DNA of 64,000 nucleotides from Tepidiformaceae bacterium (GTDB taxonomy: Bacteria; Chloroflexota; Dehalococcoidia; Tepidiformales; Tepidiformaceae): positions 2,525,153 to 2,589,152 of the forward strand of contig OZ252025.1 in the NCBI GenBank assembly GCA_965247675.1. The letters run 5' to 3'. A model generated the notes under the pieces. It ran no database searches and was not told the DNA's origin. It saw only the letters and a program-made list of their open reading frames with translations. Positions 34,045-43,162 of this stretch are shown here, in pieces (the stretch's first letter is position 1; the number at the start of each line of letters is the position of its first letter). Position numbers and translations under genes: made by a program.

Positions 34045-35349
34045 CTACTCGGGCGCGGGCCGGGCGGCGAAGAGGCCAAGAAGGCCCCGGGTCCCCGGAA
34101 ACGCTTCATCGAGCCCAACAACCTCGTGAACGCTTCGCGTCTCCAGGTCCACGAGGACCGTGGCGCGCATGGGCCCGCAGGCGTCTATTCCCAACAGCCC
34201 CACGAAGAGCTCCCCACCCAGGTGATCTATCAGCTCAAGAGGCTTCGGGTCTTCCCATGAATACGCCCCCAGAATCACGCCCTGTTCATTGATGGTGAAG
34301 AAACGATCGGGCTCGATCGGCGGATACCCGCGGTGCGTGCTCCACAGGAGAGTGCCGCCAGGCAAACTGACCGTTGGCCACCAGAACGAGCCCGAGGCGG
34401 TGACTTCGCCCCCGGGAGGCTTGCCCAAGAGACCGCCAGATGCATCCACGAAAGACGTATTCGGATTGTCCGACCAGCGTGGACGGTCCGACCAGACCGG
34501 ATTTAGTCCGTCCCCGCTAACTCGCCATGCCGCCATATATGGGGAATCAAGCCCTTCTGGAGGCGTCAGTTGTTCGCCCGAGCGGAACCACCATGCCCGT
34601 CTCAACTCCTCCTGCCCGGAACTCACCTTGCGGGCGAACAGGGCCACATCATCGTCCGTGACGGCAAGAATTTGCACCGACGCCCCAACAACCGGGACCT
34701 CACCCCACGTCTCCCACGTCTCCCACGTCTCGCCGCCATCCTCCGACACCCAGAGCGCCGAGACGGCATGCCCGTCCGGTCCATCGATCGTCCAGCAGAA
34801 TCCACGTTCACACCGCAGGGCCGCCAAGGTCTGGCCGCTCGCGCTCACCCCATAGACCACCACATCCGCGCCGGGATGAGACTGCTCGTCGAAGAAGGAC
34901 AGCGGGCGGTCGACCCGGAACTGGGCTGCGTCCGCTTGGGCAATGACTCTGTGCGTGTCCCAAGCACCCTCGCAGTGGTGTTCCAGGTAGTACAACGCCA
35001 TCCCCGCCGGCAGCGCCCGGGGCTCGCCCATGGTGAGCGGCAGGTACTCAGTGGCGGGCGGCGGCGTGGGAGTTGCCGTCGGTTCGGGCGCCGGGGCCGG
35101 GGTCGGTTCCGGCGAGTGAGTGGCAGTGGCAGCGGGCGAAGGGGTGGGGGTGGGAACGGGTGTGGGGGTGGCGGTGACAGTGGACGCAGCGGTCGGGGTG
35201 GCCGTCGGCGAAGGTTCCGGCGATTCGGTGGCGGTGGGGGACTGATGCGCCGGACCCGGGGCGGGAGGGATCGTCTCGCCGCCGCACGCCGCCGCTGCGA
35301 GGGTGAGCAGGCAGGCGAACAGCACGAGAAAGGCACGGGCCCGACGCAT
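34045..35349 (-). CDS. Lipoprotein with a Pro/Thr-rich linker and an Asp-box (BNR-like) containing globular domain
   Basis: Lipobox LTLAAAACGG and ~80 aa of PT-rich linker. SEDGGETW matches the SxDxGxTW Asp-box. No specific family recognised. Confidence 0.75.
   Translation of the reverse strand: MRRARAFLVLFACLLTLAAAACGGETIPPAPGPAHQSPTATESPEPSPTATPTAASTVTATPTPVPTPTPSPAATATHSPEPTPAPAPEPTATPTPPPATEYLPLTMGEPRALPAGMALYYLEHHCEGAWDTHRVIAQADAAQFRVDRPLSFFDEQSHPGADVVVYGVSASGQTLAALRCERGFCWTIDGPDGHAVSALWVSEDGGETWETWETWGEVPVVGASVQILAVTDDDVALFARKVSSGQEELRRAWWFRSGEQLTPPEGLDSPYMAAWRVSGDGLNPVWSDRPRWSDNPNTSFVDASGGLLGKPPGGEVTASGSFWWPTVSLPGGTLLWSTHRGYPPIEPDRFFTINEQGVILGAYSWEDPKPLELIDHLGGELFVGLLGIDACGPMRATVLVDLETRSVHEVVGLDEAFPGTRGLLGLFAARPAPE
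34705..34731. repeat. 9-bp tandem repeat x3 (CCACGTCTC) encoding ETWETWETW directly after the Asp-box
   Basis: Three exact units at 34705-34713, 34714-34722 and 34723-34731. Confidence 0.8.
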
Positions 35350-35358
35350 CAGGGCCTC

Positions 35359-35388
35359 ACCCTAGACGCGCGAGGGCCGAATTACCCC
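35359..35388 (-). promoter_or_regulatory. Bipartite upstream motif copy 5 (GGGGTAATTC, 14 nt, TAGGGT)
   Basis: TAATTC is the reverse complement of 35379-35384. TAGGGT is the reverse complement of 35359-35364, 9 nt before ATG 35349. Confidence 0.45.
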
Positions 35389-35467
35389 GTCCGTTTTCCG
35401 CAAAATTCCAACTCAGCCGCGCGCCAGTGCGGCGCTCCACTCAGCCGCGCGTCAGCCCGGCGTTCTC

Positions 35468-38400
35468 CTACTCCGTCCGCAACACCGCCGCGTCGGACGT
35501 GCGCGCGAGGGCCCGGACCGTGGCCGCAAGAGCGATGGCGAAGACGGCCGCCACCACCGCCGCCCCGACCACGACGTAGGCCCAGTCCGTCTGCAGGACA
35601 AAGCCCGGTTCGACGGGCAGGCCCGCCTCCGTCACGTCGAGGAAGGAGAGCATGCGCCGCCCCACGAACTGCCCCACAAGCACGCCCGCGGCGATGCCCA
35701 CCACCCCCACGATGGCGTACTCCAGCCCCAGCACGGCCATCACCTGGCGCCGCGTCAGCCCGATCGCTCCAAGTACGGCGAACTCGACGCGGCGACGCTG
35801 AATCGCCATCCACAGCGAGACCAGCAGCGCCACCGCCACCAGGACCAGCGTCGCCACGAACGAGACCGAGAGGATGCCCGTCCCGCTGGCCGCGATCAGC
35901 GGGTTCGAGCGCACCGAAGCGAGGGTCGCCTCCCGATCGACGACGCGGCGCAGGCCGAACCCGTCCAGCGCCTCCACGATGAGCTCGCGATCGGCGTCGG
36001 GCGCGAGGTCGAGCCAGACTTCGTTGGCGCGGGAGAGGGCGCCCGGGGCGGTGCTGACCATGTACCCCCAGCGCAGCAGCTGGTCGCGATTGAGCACGAC
36101 CGAGGGTCCTTTCAGCGCAGGCAACGTGGGGAAGCGCTCGTACACGCCGCGCACGACGATGGGCACGATGATGCCGTCGATCTCGATCAGGTCCTCATCG
36201 CCGATCGCCAGCCGGTTCTCCGACAGGAAGGACTCGCTCGCGAGGAGCGGCAGGGGGATGCCGCGGTCGGCCGGGAAGAGCCCCCGGCGCTCGCCCGTGG
36301 TGCCACGCCGGAAGCCAAGGCGGGCCGCCTGCGACCCCGTGCGCACCTCTTCACGGCTCAGCTGCAGGTTGTCGACATCCCGCTCGGCGCTGGGGACCGG
36401 CTCCCAGCGCACCACCCCCTCGAAGCCCTCCAGCAGGTTGAGGGTTCCGTCCGGGTCCACCGACGAGAGGTCGTCGATGTAGACGGGTTCGTTGCTCGCG
36501 TTGAACTGGTTGATCGGCTCCGTGAGGATGAGGGCGATCAGCGAGAGCGGCTCCACCAGGGGCCGGAAGCCGCCGCCCTCAATGGGCGCGCGCAGCTCGC
36601 GCCAGCCGCGGAAGTCGAGCTTCCCGAAGGGCAGCAGGCCGTGCCGGCCGGTGGCGTCGCGAACGCGCCCCCAGATCGTGACCGTGCTCCGATCGAGCGC
36701 CGGGTTCACCCACACGGAGAGCTCGGCCGAGCCCAGCGGGATGGGTATGCCCATCAGGATCTCGCCGCTGTCGACGCGGTCGAGGATGGCCGCGAGCGGA
36801 ACCTCGGCGAAGTCGTCGCGCCACCAGAGGAGGTCGCCGGCTTTCGCCGAGACGGCGAGCACCGCCACCTCCGGGCCGGAGCTGTTGGGCGTAGCGATCT
36901 CCCCGTCCAGACGCATGACGGCCAACCCCTCCTCCACGCCCTCGACGGCGGCCAGCGCGCCCTCGAGCTTGGCCGGGTCGGCGGGCAGGAAGGTGGCGTC
37001 GCCCGCGCTCGCGCGCAGCTCGACACCCGACACGAAGCGGGCGCGATCCTCGTAGGAGCGCTCGGTCGTGCTCGTGTAGCTGGCCGCGAAGATACCAACG
37101 GCCACGGCCATCATGAGGAGCAGGGCGAGCTGCGTGTACGGTCCCGGGCGCCGCACCAGCTGCCACAGCCCCATGACCACCGCCACCCCGGCCACGCGCC
37201 CCACCACCCGCACGATCACGCGCAGCACGATCGGGTAGAGCCGCGCCAGCACCGCCGCCGCCGCCGCGATGATCAGCGCCGGCGAGGCGAGCAGGAGCGG
37301 GTCGCTCGAGACACCCCCCGTGGCCGACGGCGTGTAGACCGAGTCGCGCTCGTTCAGCTCCCACAGGGCCAGCAGCGCGAATCCCACCAGCACGACATCG
37401 AGGTAGTAGCGCTGGAGGAAGCCGGCAGTGGGACGCGCCAGCGCGCGGCGCTGCCCCTGCGGCCCGCGCCGCGCCACCACGAAGGCGGGCGCCGTGAGCG
37501 CCACGATGGAGAGCAGGGCGCCGAGCGCCGCCAGCGGGAAGGCAAGTGGCTCGAAGGTGACCGGCAGCAGCTCGCCGCCGGAGATGTCGCTGAACACGGG
37601 CGTGAACCCGAGCAGGGCCGTCACCCCGCCGGCGATGAAGGGCGCCACCAGAATCGCGGGCAGGCCCAGGGCGAGCCCTTCCAGCGCGTAGAGCGCGACA
37701 ATCTGCGCCGTGCTCGACCCGCGCCCCCGCAGCAGCGCGATCTGCTCCCCCTGGCGCTCCACCACGGCCACCGAGATGAGGGCCACGTAGAAGAGCGCGA
37801 TGGCCGCGATCTGAACGAGCAGGATCGTCAGCGGCGCACGCTGGAAGTCCGCGCTCCGCCCGAAGGCAGCAAGCGTGACCGTGAGCGGGCTGGTGGCGTA
37901 GCCGCGGTAGACGCGCAGGTCCTGGTTGAGCCCGATGATGTCGGCCCGCGCCCGCTGGAAGTTGCCCTGGTCGAGCTGGTCGACGTCGGCGAAGACGTTC
38001 CAGCGAAGGATGAGGCGCTGGCCCGGGTAGCGCACGGCCAGGTCGCCGAGGAGGGCATCGACGTGCGCGACCATGGGCGCCACGAGCCCCGAGTCCGCCA
38101 GGGGCGCGCTCGGCATCACGTAGCGTCTGCTGACCGACGCCCAGAAGGAAGCGTCCTCGTTCTCGATCGAGATGAGGCCCGTGAGCACGGCGGGCACGCT
38201 GTAGCGCACGAACATCGTCAGGTCGCAGGGAAGCTGTGGCTGGAGGCCCTGCGGGATGATGCGGTCGCAGTTGTCGACCTCTTCGATGAGCAGGAAGCTG
38301 TCGCCCACCTGCAACCGCGCGAGGGCTGCGGCGCGCGGGCCCATCGCCACCTCGATCGGCCCGTCGGGGCCGGTTGGCACGGGCAGGCGCCCCTCCTCGA

Positions 38401-38818
38401 GCGACACATGCCGCTCGAATCCCTCAAGCGCGTAGAGCACACCCAGCGTGGTCCCGGCGCGCGGCTCCTCGCCTGTCTGCCCGACCGTGAGCCGCGCCGA
38501 CTCAACCACGACGGAGCGGCCAAGCGCGAACCAGCCGAGCCGCTCGTCGATGCGCCGCTCGACGGCCTCGCGCACGGCCAGGGAGTCGGGCGTGGCCAGC
38601 TGCTGCGCCTCGATGCCGGCGCGGATGGAGGGCTCGCCGCGGAGCTCGTCGCGCACGGTGAACTTGAGGCCGAGGTCGGCCATGGCGCGCGCGTAGATGG
38701 GCGCGCTCGCCAGCAGCGTCGAGGCCACGAGCACGCCCAGCGTGAGCACGCCCAGCATGCGCCAGCTGGCCGCGCCGTGACGCAGCAGCAACCCCCAGAG
38801 GACGGCCAGGTTCCCCAT
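35468..38818 (-). CDS. Large ABC-transporter permease with two FtsX (MacB-type) domains
   Basis: 1116 aa. N-terminal TM helix, large extracytoplasmic domain and FtsX 3-TM bundle, with this arrangement repeated. Paralogous to 39792..43154. ATG 38818 lies 9 nt after TACCCT (reverse complement of 38828-38833). Confidence 0.85.
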   Translation of the reverse strand: MGNLAVLWGLLLRHGAASWRMLGVLTLGVLVASTLLASAPIYARAMADLGLKFTVRDELRGEPSIRAGIEAQQLATPDSLAVREAVERRIDERLGWFALGRSVVVESARLTVGQTGEEPRAGTTLGVLYALEGFERHVSLEEGRLPVPTGPDGPIEVAMGPRAAALARLQVGDSFLLIEEVDNCDRIIPQGLQPQLPCDLTMFVRYSVPAVLTGLISIENEDASFWASVSRRYVMPSAPLADSGLVAPMVAHVDALLGDLAVRYPGQRLILRWNVFADVDQLDQGNFQRARADIIGLNQDLRVYRGYATSPLTVTLAAFGRSADFQRAPLTILLVQIAAIALFYVALISVAVVERQGEQIALLRGRGSSTAQIVALYALEGLALGLPAILVAPFIAGGVTALLGFTPVFSDISGGELLPVTFEPLAFPLAALGALLSIVALTAPAFVVARRGPQGQRRALARPTAGFLQRYYLDVVLVGFALLALWELNERDSVYTPSATGGVSSDPLLLASPALIIAAAAAVLARLYPIVLRVIVRVVGRVAGVAVVMGLWQLVRRPGPYTQLALLLMMAVAVGIFAASYTSTTERSYEDRARFVSGVELRASAGDATFLPADPAKLEGALAAVEGVEEGLAVMRLDGEIATPNSSGPEVAVLAVSAKAGDLLWWRDDFAEVPLAAILDRVDSGEILMGIPIPLGSAELSVWVNPALDRSTVTIWGRVRDATGRHGLLPFGKLDFRGWRELRAPIEGGGFRPLVEPLSLIALILTEPINQFNASNEPVYIDDLSSVDPDGTLNLLEGFEGVVRWEPVPSAERDVDNLQLSREEVRTGSQAARLGFRRGTTGERRGLFPADRGIPLPLLASESFLSENRLAIGDEDLIEIDGIIVPIVVRGVYERFPTLPALKGPSVVLNRDQLLRWGYMVSTAPGALSRANEVWLDLAPDADRELIVEALDGFGLRRVVDREATLASVRSNPLIAASGTGILSVSFVATLVLVAVALLVSLWMAIQRRRVEFAVLGAIGLTRRQVMAVLGLEYAIVGVVGIAAGVLVGQFVGRRMLSFLDVTEAGLPVEPGFVLQTDWAYVVVGAAVVAAVFAIALAATVRALARTSDAAVLRTE

Positions 38819-38931
38819 GCGCGCACAAGGGTAGCGGTCTCAGGCCCCCACGCGCTCGCCCACCCCCACACCCTCCCCTGGCAACGGTTGTGCCGGCGGC
38901 GACGCTGGGCCTGCCGGTTGGTGCTGCTGCC

Positions 38932-38978
38932 CCCCATCGTTCTCCACCTTCGTGGTGAATGCGCGGGGGCTTCTTGGG
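38932..38978 (+). repeat. Intergenic repeat R1 (~46 bp)
   Basis: CCCCATCGTTCTCCACCTTCGTGGTGAATGCGCGGGGGCTTCTTGGG is about 75 percent identical to R2. It contains a small hairpin (CACC..GGTG). Confidence 0.6.
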
Positions 38979-39052
38979 CGGTCCCCAGCGAGTGTGACAT
39001 CGCCCCCCGACCCACCCCCAACCCCCCACATCCGCCAGCCCGGCGAGTACGC

Positions 39053-39082
39053 TTGACAAATTTTGCTGAAGCAAGGAATAAT
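39053..39082 (+). promoter_or_regulatory. Near-consensus sigma70 promoter (TTGACA, 18 nt, AATAAT) with an inverted repeat in the spacer
   Basis: TTGACA at 39053-39058 and AATAAT at 39077-39082. The spacer contains TTGCT-GA-AGCAA (39063-39074). It stands out as an AT-rich island. Confidence 0.55.
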
Positions 39083-39108
39083 GGGGCTTGCCCGATAGGG
39101 CGAATATT

Positions 39109-39154
39109 CCCCGTCGTTCTCCACCTCGGTGGAAAACTGGCGGGGGTTCTCTTG
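39109..39154 (+). repeat. Intergenic repeat R2 (~46 bp) in the putative 5' leader of the NYN gene
   Basis: CCCCGTCGTTCTCCACCTCGGTGGAAAACTGGCGGGGGTTCTCTTG. Hairpin TCCAC-CTCG-GTGGA. It ends 5 nt before ATG 39160. Confidence 0.6.
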
Positions 39155-39159
39155 TCACC

Positions 39160-39795
39160 ATGACCAACCGCATCGCCGTTTACATCGATGCCCAGAACTT
39201 TTATCAGGGCGCCCGGGCGCGCTTCTTTGCGCCAGGCGCTCCTCGACGCAGGGGGCAGATAACCCCGCTGGAGCTCGGCAGGCTTCTCTGTACCCGCCGC
39301 AGGAATCTTGTAGAGCGCACGCTTGAGCAGGTGCGCATCTACACCGGGCGCCCAGACCCGCTCAGGGACCCGAGGACTTACGCCGCCCACATGCGCCAGT
39401 GCCACACCTGGGAGCGTTCGGGCGCCGTCGTCATCACCCGGCCCCTCAGGTACCCGCGCGATTGGCCCCGGGCCCGCGCCCAGGAGAAGGGCATCGACGT
39501 GCAGCTCGCCATCGACTTCGTCGCCGGCGCCATCGACGACGCCTACGACACCGGCATCATCTGTTCGACCGACACCGACCTGCTCCCGGCGCTGGAGTTC
39601 GTCGCAACCCGCTACGGCCGCGAGCGCGCCGAGACCGCCGCCTGGCTCGCGGGCGGCAAGGGCAGCGAACTCCGCCTCAGGCGCCCTTCGACCTGGCGCC
39701 ACCGCCTGAGCTTCCCGACACTGAGGCCGTCCGCGACCCAACCGACGACGCGCGATAGCAGGGCGCTCTCCTGTACGCTGACGCGCACTCCATGA
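39160..39795 (+). CDS. NYN-domain (PIN-like, LabA/DUF88-type) putative ribonuclease
   Basis: MTNRIAVYIDAQNFYQGAR... and EKGIDVQLAIDFVAGAIDDAYDTGIICSTDTDLLPALEFV are the NYN acidic motifs. The stop overlaps the permease ATG (ATGA). TTG 39088 is an alternative start. The C-terminal ~30 aa may be frameshifted. Confidence 0.7.
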   Translation: MTNRIAVYIDAQNFYQGARARFFAPGAPRRRGQITPLELGRLLCTRRRNLVERTLEQVRIYTGRPDPLRDPRTYAAHMRQCHTWERSGAVVITRPLRYPRDWPRARAQEKGIDVQLAIDFVAGAIDDAYDTGIICSTDTDLLPALEFVATRYGRERAETAAWLAGGKGSELRLRRPSTWRHRLSFPTLRPSATQPTTRDSRALSCTLTRTP

Positions 39796-42700
39796 ACAGC
39801 TTCGCCTCGCTCCTGCGCATCATCGCCCAGCGAAGCCTCGCAAACTGGCGGCTGCTCGCCACCGTCATCTTCGGCATGGTGCTCGCAGCCGCCCTCATGT
39901 CGAGCGTCATCCTCTACGCCGACGCCGTGCGCGACCTCGGCCTCAGCTTCACCCTGCGCCAGCAGGAACCGCTCGACCTCGACCTCAAGGTAGTCAGCAA
40001 CAGCCAGCCCGCCGAGCCCGCCATCTACCTGGAGCGCCGCAACGCGACGTTGGACCTCCTCCGCCGCTACGGCGGCGGGCTCATCGAGGGGACCGGCGTC
40101 TACGGGCGTACCTCCACCTTCTTCCTGACCGACCCCGGCCAGCCCGTCGAGAAGGAGGACGACCTGCGCGCCCGCGCCCATTTCCTCTTCTTCTCCGACG
40201 TCAGCGCCCACGTCACGCTCGTCGAGGGCGCCCCCGCCGCCCCCTCGCCCGCCACCACCGACCCCACCCGACGCCCCAGCATCGAGGTCTGGCTCAGCGC
40301 AACCGCCGCCCGCCAGCTCGGCGTCGCCCCCGGCGAGACGTTCGACGTCCACCCCTTCTGGCGCGACGACGTGGACCCCGTCGAGATCACGATCGTCGGT
40401 CTGATCGAGCCCAACGACCCGTCCGAGGACTACTGGTTCGGCAACGCCCACCGCCTGGTCGTCGGCAAGACGCGCTGGCCCACGTACCCGTTCGTCATCG
40501 ACGAACGCACCCTCGTCGAGGTTATCGCCCCCTACCTGCCCTCGATCGACGGCACCTTCGAGACCTTCGCATTCGTCGACAGCAACCGCGTCAACAGCCG
40601 CAACGCCGAGCAGGTCGAGCTCAACCTGCGCGCCCTCGAGAGGGCCGTGCGCGCCCAGCTGGAGCTGTCCTCGCTCAGCTCGGAGCTGCCGGACGTGATC
40701 TCCGAGTACCAGGAGAAGCTGTTCTTCACGCGGTTGCCCCTCTTCGCGCTCATGCTGCTCATCGTGGGCATCGCCCTGTACTACCTGGTGCTGGTCTCGA
40801 CGATGCTGGTGGAGCGCCAGACGGGCGAGATCGCGCTCCTCAAGAGCCGCGGCGCCGGCCTCGGCCAGATCATGACCGTCTACCTGATCGAAGGGCTGGC
40901 GCTCACCGTCTTCGCCGTCGTCCTGGGACCGCTGCTGGCCTCGGGCATGATCCGCCTGCTCGGTCCCACGCCGCCGTTCGCCGACCTGAGCCAGGGCGAA
41001 CTGCTGCAGGTCACCCTCACGCCGGAGGCGTTCGGCCTGGCCGCGCTGGGGGCGGCGCTCGCCCTCGCCGCCCTGCTCTGGCCCGCCTACCGCGCCTCCG
41101 AGGCGACCATGGTGCACTACAAGCAGAGCCTCGCCCGCCCCGACCGGCAGCCTCTCTTCCTGCGCTACTACCTCGATCTCGTGCTCATCGGCGTGGGCGC
41201 GTTCCTCTTCTACCAGCTGCGCCAGCGAGGCTCGCTCGTGACCGAGAACCTCTTCGGCGACCTCTCCGCCGACCCCCTCCTGCTCGTCTCCCCCGCGCTC
41301 TTCATGCTCATGATCGCGCTCGTCTTCCTGCGGCTCTTCCCGGTTGTGCTGCGGGTGGCCTCGTGGGCGCTGCGCGGGCTGAGCGGGGCGACAATCCTGC
41401 TCGGGCTCTGGCGCATGGTGCGAAGCCCCCTCCACTACAGCCGCCTCATCCTCCTGCTCCTGCTGGCGACCTCCGTGGGCATGTTCGCCGCCGGCTTCCG
41501 CGCCACGCTCGACCGCAGCTTCGAGGACCGCGCCGCCTATGAGGCCGGCGCCGCCGCCCGGCTCGTCGATATCCGCTCTCCCTCCCGCCTCTCGCCCGCG
41601 CGCCTCGAACAGACGATCGAGTCGATCGACGGGCTCGACGGCGCCAGCGCCGCCGCCCGAATCGAGGTGGCCTACTCCCCCCTCACCGGACGCTCGGTCC
41701 AGGCCGAACTCCTCGGCGTGGGCGAGAACTTCTCCGACGTGGCCTACTGGCGAAACGATTTCGGCGGCGACCTCGACGCGCTGCTCGCCGATCTCCAGCC
41801 CGAGGCGGAGGCGGACCTGCCCGACGGCGCTCTCATCCCCGCGGGCTCACGCGCCATCGGCATCTGGACGCGCATCTCCCTGCCCCCAACCGCCGCCCGG
41901 CCCGGCGTGCGCCTGCGGGACGAGAACGGCCTCTTCTACGAGTACATCTTCGCGACCGACGCCGTCGATGAGGACGACGGCTGGCTCCTCTACGTCGCCG
42001 ACCTTACCCGTCCCTTCAGCCCTCGCAACAACGGCCCCCCCCTCGACGCCACCCTGGAGGTCGAATCCGTCTTCCTCAGCGTGCGCCGCTACGCCGCCGC
42101 CCCTGGACGCATCGCGGGCGTCCTCGACCACCTCGTCGCCTACCCCGAGGGCGGCGGGCGCGACAGCGCCGTCGTGGTCGAGCCCTTCGAGTCGCTCGAC
42201 CGCTACCAGTCCATCACCGGCGCCTCTGGATCTGCGGAGACGACCATCACGCGAGCCGACGTCGACAACGCGCGCGGCCGCTACGCCGCCCAGATCACGT
42301 TCAACTACGACGCCTTCTCGACGAGCGCCGTGGGCCTGCGCCTGCGCCGCTCGCCCGCCCCCCTGCGCGTGCTCGCCAGCGAGTCGTTCCTGGAGGCCAC
42401 GGGCGCCAGTCCGGGCGACACCTTCCGCCTGCGGGTGAACCGCCAGGTGGTGCAAGCACAGATAACCGGCGCCTTCGAGCTCTTCCCCGGCTTCTACCCG
42501 GGCCCGCGCGACCACCTGCTGGTGGCCGACCTCGCCGCCCTCAGGGGGGCGGGCGCGGGGCTGCCGCGCATGGCCGGGGGCATCAACGCCAACGAGATCT
42601 GGCTGGGGGGCGTCGAGGGCGTCGAACTCACGACCGAGTGGCTCGAGGAGCAGGGCATCCGCGCCCGCTGGGTCTACGACGAGGGCGCCATCCTCGCCCT

Positions 42701-43154
42701 TGAGTCCTCCGACCCGCTCGTGGCCGCCAGCTGGGAGGGCATCCTCTTCCTCTCCTTCGGGGCGGTGCTGCTGCTCACCGCCCTCGGCTTCATCGTCTTC
42801 TCCTACCTGGCCGCGCAGACGCGCTCGCTGGAATTCGCCATTCTCCGCACGATGGGCTTCTCGGGACGGCAGATCGTGGGCGTCGTCGCCTTCGAGCAGC
42901 TCTTCGTGATCGTCGCGGGCGTGGCCGCGGGCACCGCCCTCGGTTTCCCCCTCGGACGCCTCATGATCGGCGCCCTCGCCCTCACCGAGGACGGCAGTGA
43001 CGTGGTGCCACCCCTGCTTTCGCAGGTAAGCTGGGAGACCGTGCTCTCCGTTTACGGCCTGCTGGCCCTCGTCTTCATCGCCACCGTGGCCGCCCTCACG
43101 CGGCTCTACTCGCGGCTGGCCCTGCACCGCGCCCTGCGCATCGGCGAGCTTTAG
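39792..43154 (+). CDS. Large ABC-transporter permease with two FtsX (MacB-type) domains
   Basis: 1120 aa with the same architecture as 35468..38818. N-termini align: WRLLATVIFGMVLAAALMSSVILYADAVRDLGLSF versus WRMLGVLTLGVLVASTLLASAPIYARAMADLGLKF. Confidence 0.85.
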   Translation: MNSFASLLRIIAQRSLANWRLLATVIFGMVLAAALMSSVILYADAVRDLGLSFTLRQQEPLDLDLKVVSNSQPAEPAIYLERRNATLDLLRRYGGGLIEGTGVYGRTSTFFLTDPGQPVEKEDDLRARAHFLFFSDVSAHVTLVEGAPAAPSPATTDPTRRPSIEVWLSATAARQLGVAPGETFDVHPFWRDDVDPVEITIVGLIEPNDPSEDYWFGNAHRLVVGKTRWPTYPFVIDERTLVEVIAPYLPSIDGTFETFAFVDSNRVNSRNAEQVELNLRALERAVRAQLELSSLSSELPDVISEYQEKLFFTRLPLFALMLLIVGIALYYLVLVSTMLVERQTGEIALLKSRGAGLGQIMTVYLIEGLALTVFAVVLGPLLASGMIRLLGPTPPFADLSQGELLQVTLTPEAFGLAALGAALALAALLWPAYRASEATMVHYKQSLARPDRQPLFLRYYLDLVLIGVGAFLFYQLRQRGSLVTENLFGDLSADPLLLVSPALFMLMIALVFLRLFPVVLRVASWALRGLSGATILLGLWRMVRSPLHYSRLILLLLLATSVGMFAAGFRATLDRSFEDRAAYEAGAAARLVDIRSPSRLSPARLEQTIESIDGLDGASAAARIEVAYSPLTGRSVQAELLGVGENFSDVAYWRNDFGGDLDALLADLQPEAEADLPDGALIPAGSRAIGIWTRISLPPTAARPGVRLRDENGLFYEYIFATDAVDEDDGWLLYVADLTRPFSPRNNGPPLDATLEVESVFLSVRRYAAAPGRIAGVLDHLVAYPEGGGRDSAVVVEPFESLDRYQSITGASGSAETTITRADVDNARGRYAAQITFNYDAFSTSAVGLRLRRSPAPLRVLASESFLEATGASPGDTFRLRVNRQVVQAQITGAFELFPGFYPGPRDHLLVADLAALRGAGAGLPRMAGGINANEIWLGGVEGVELTTEWLEEQGIRARWVYDEGAILALESSDPLVAASWEGILFLSFGAVLLLTALGFIVFSYLAAQTRSLEFAILRTMGFSGRQIVGVVAFEQLFVIVAGVAAGTALGFPLGRLMIGALALTEDGSDVVPPLLSQVSWETVLSVYGLLALVFIATVAALTRLYSRLALHRALRIGEL

Positions 43155-43162
43155 GACACCGC

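Noticed and set aside
39100-39117. GGGGAATATTCGCC on the minus strand as a seventh copy of the bipartite promoter motif
   Set aside because: It resembles only the first half (GGGGTAATTCGG). No TANNGT hexamer follows at the invariant 14-nt distance, and no start codon lies downstream.
39088-39159. TTG 39088 as the NYN gene start, 5 nt after the AATAAT -10
   Set aside because: TTG is a poor leaderless initiator, and the extra 24 residues (PDRANIPRRSPPRWKTGGGSLVT) look non-coding. NYN homologs begin at the MxxRIAVYID motif. It is kept only as an alternative.
38840-39173. ORFs 38840..39124(-) and 38502..39173(-) in the FtsX/NYN intergenic region (repeated ENDG / GGER peptides)
   Set aside because: The repeated peptides simply reflect the R1/R2 DNA repeats. 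These ORFs span promoters and have no start context or family similarity.
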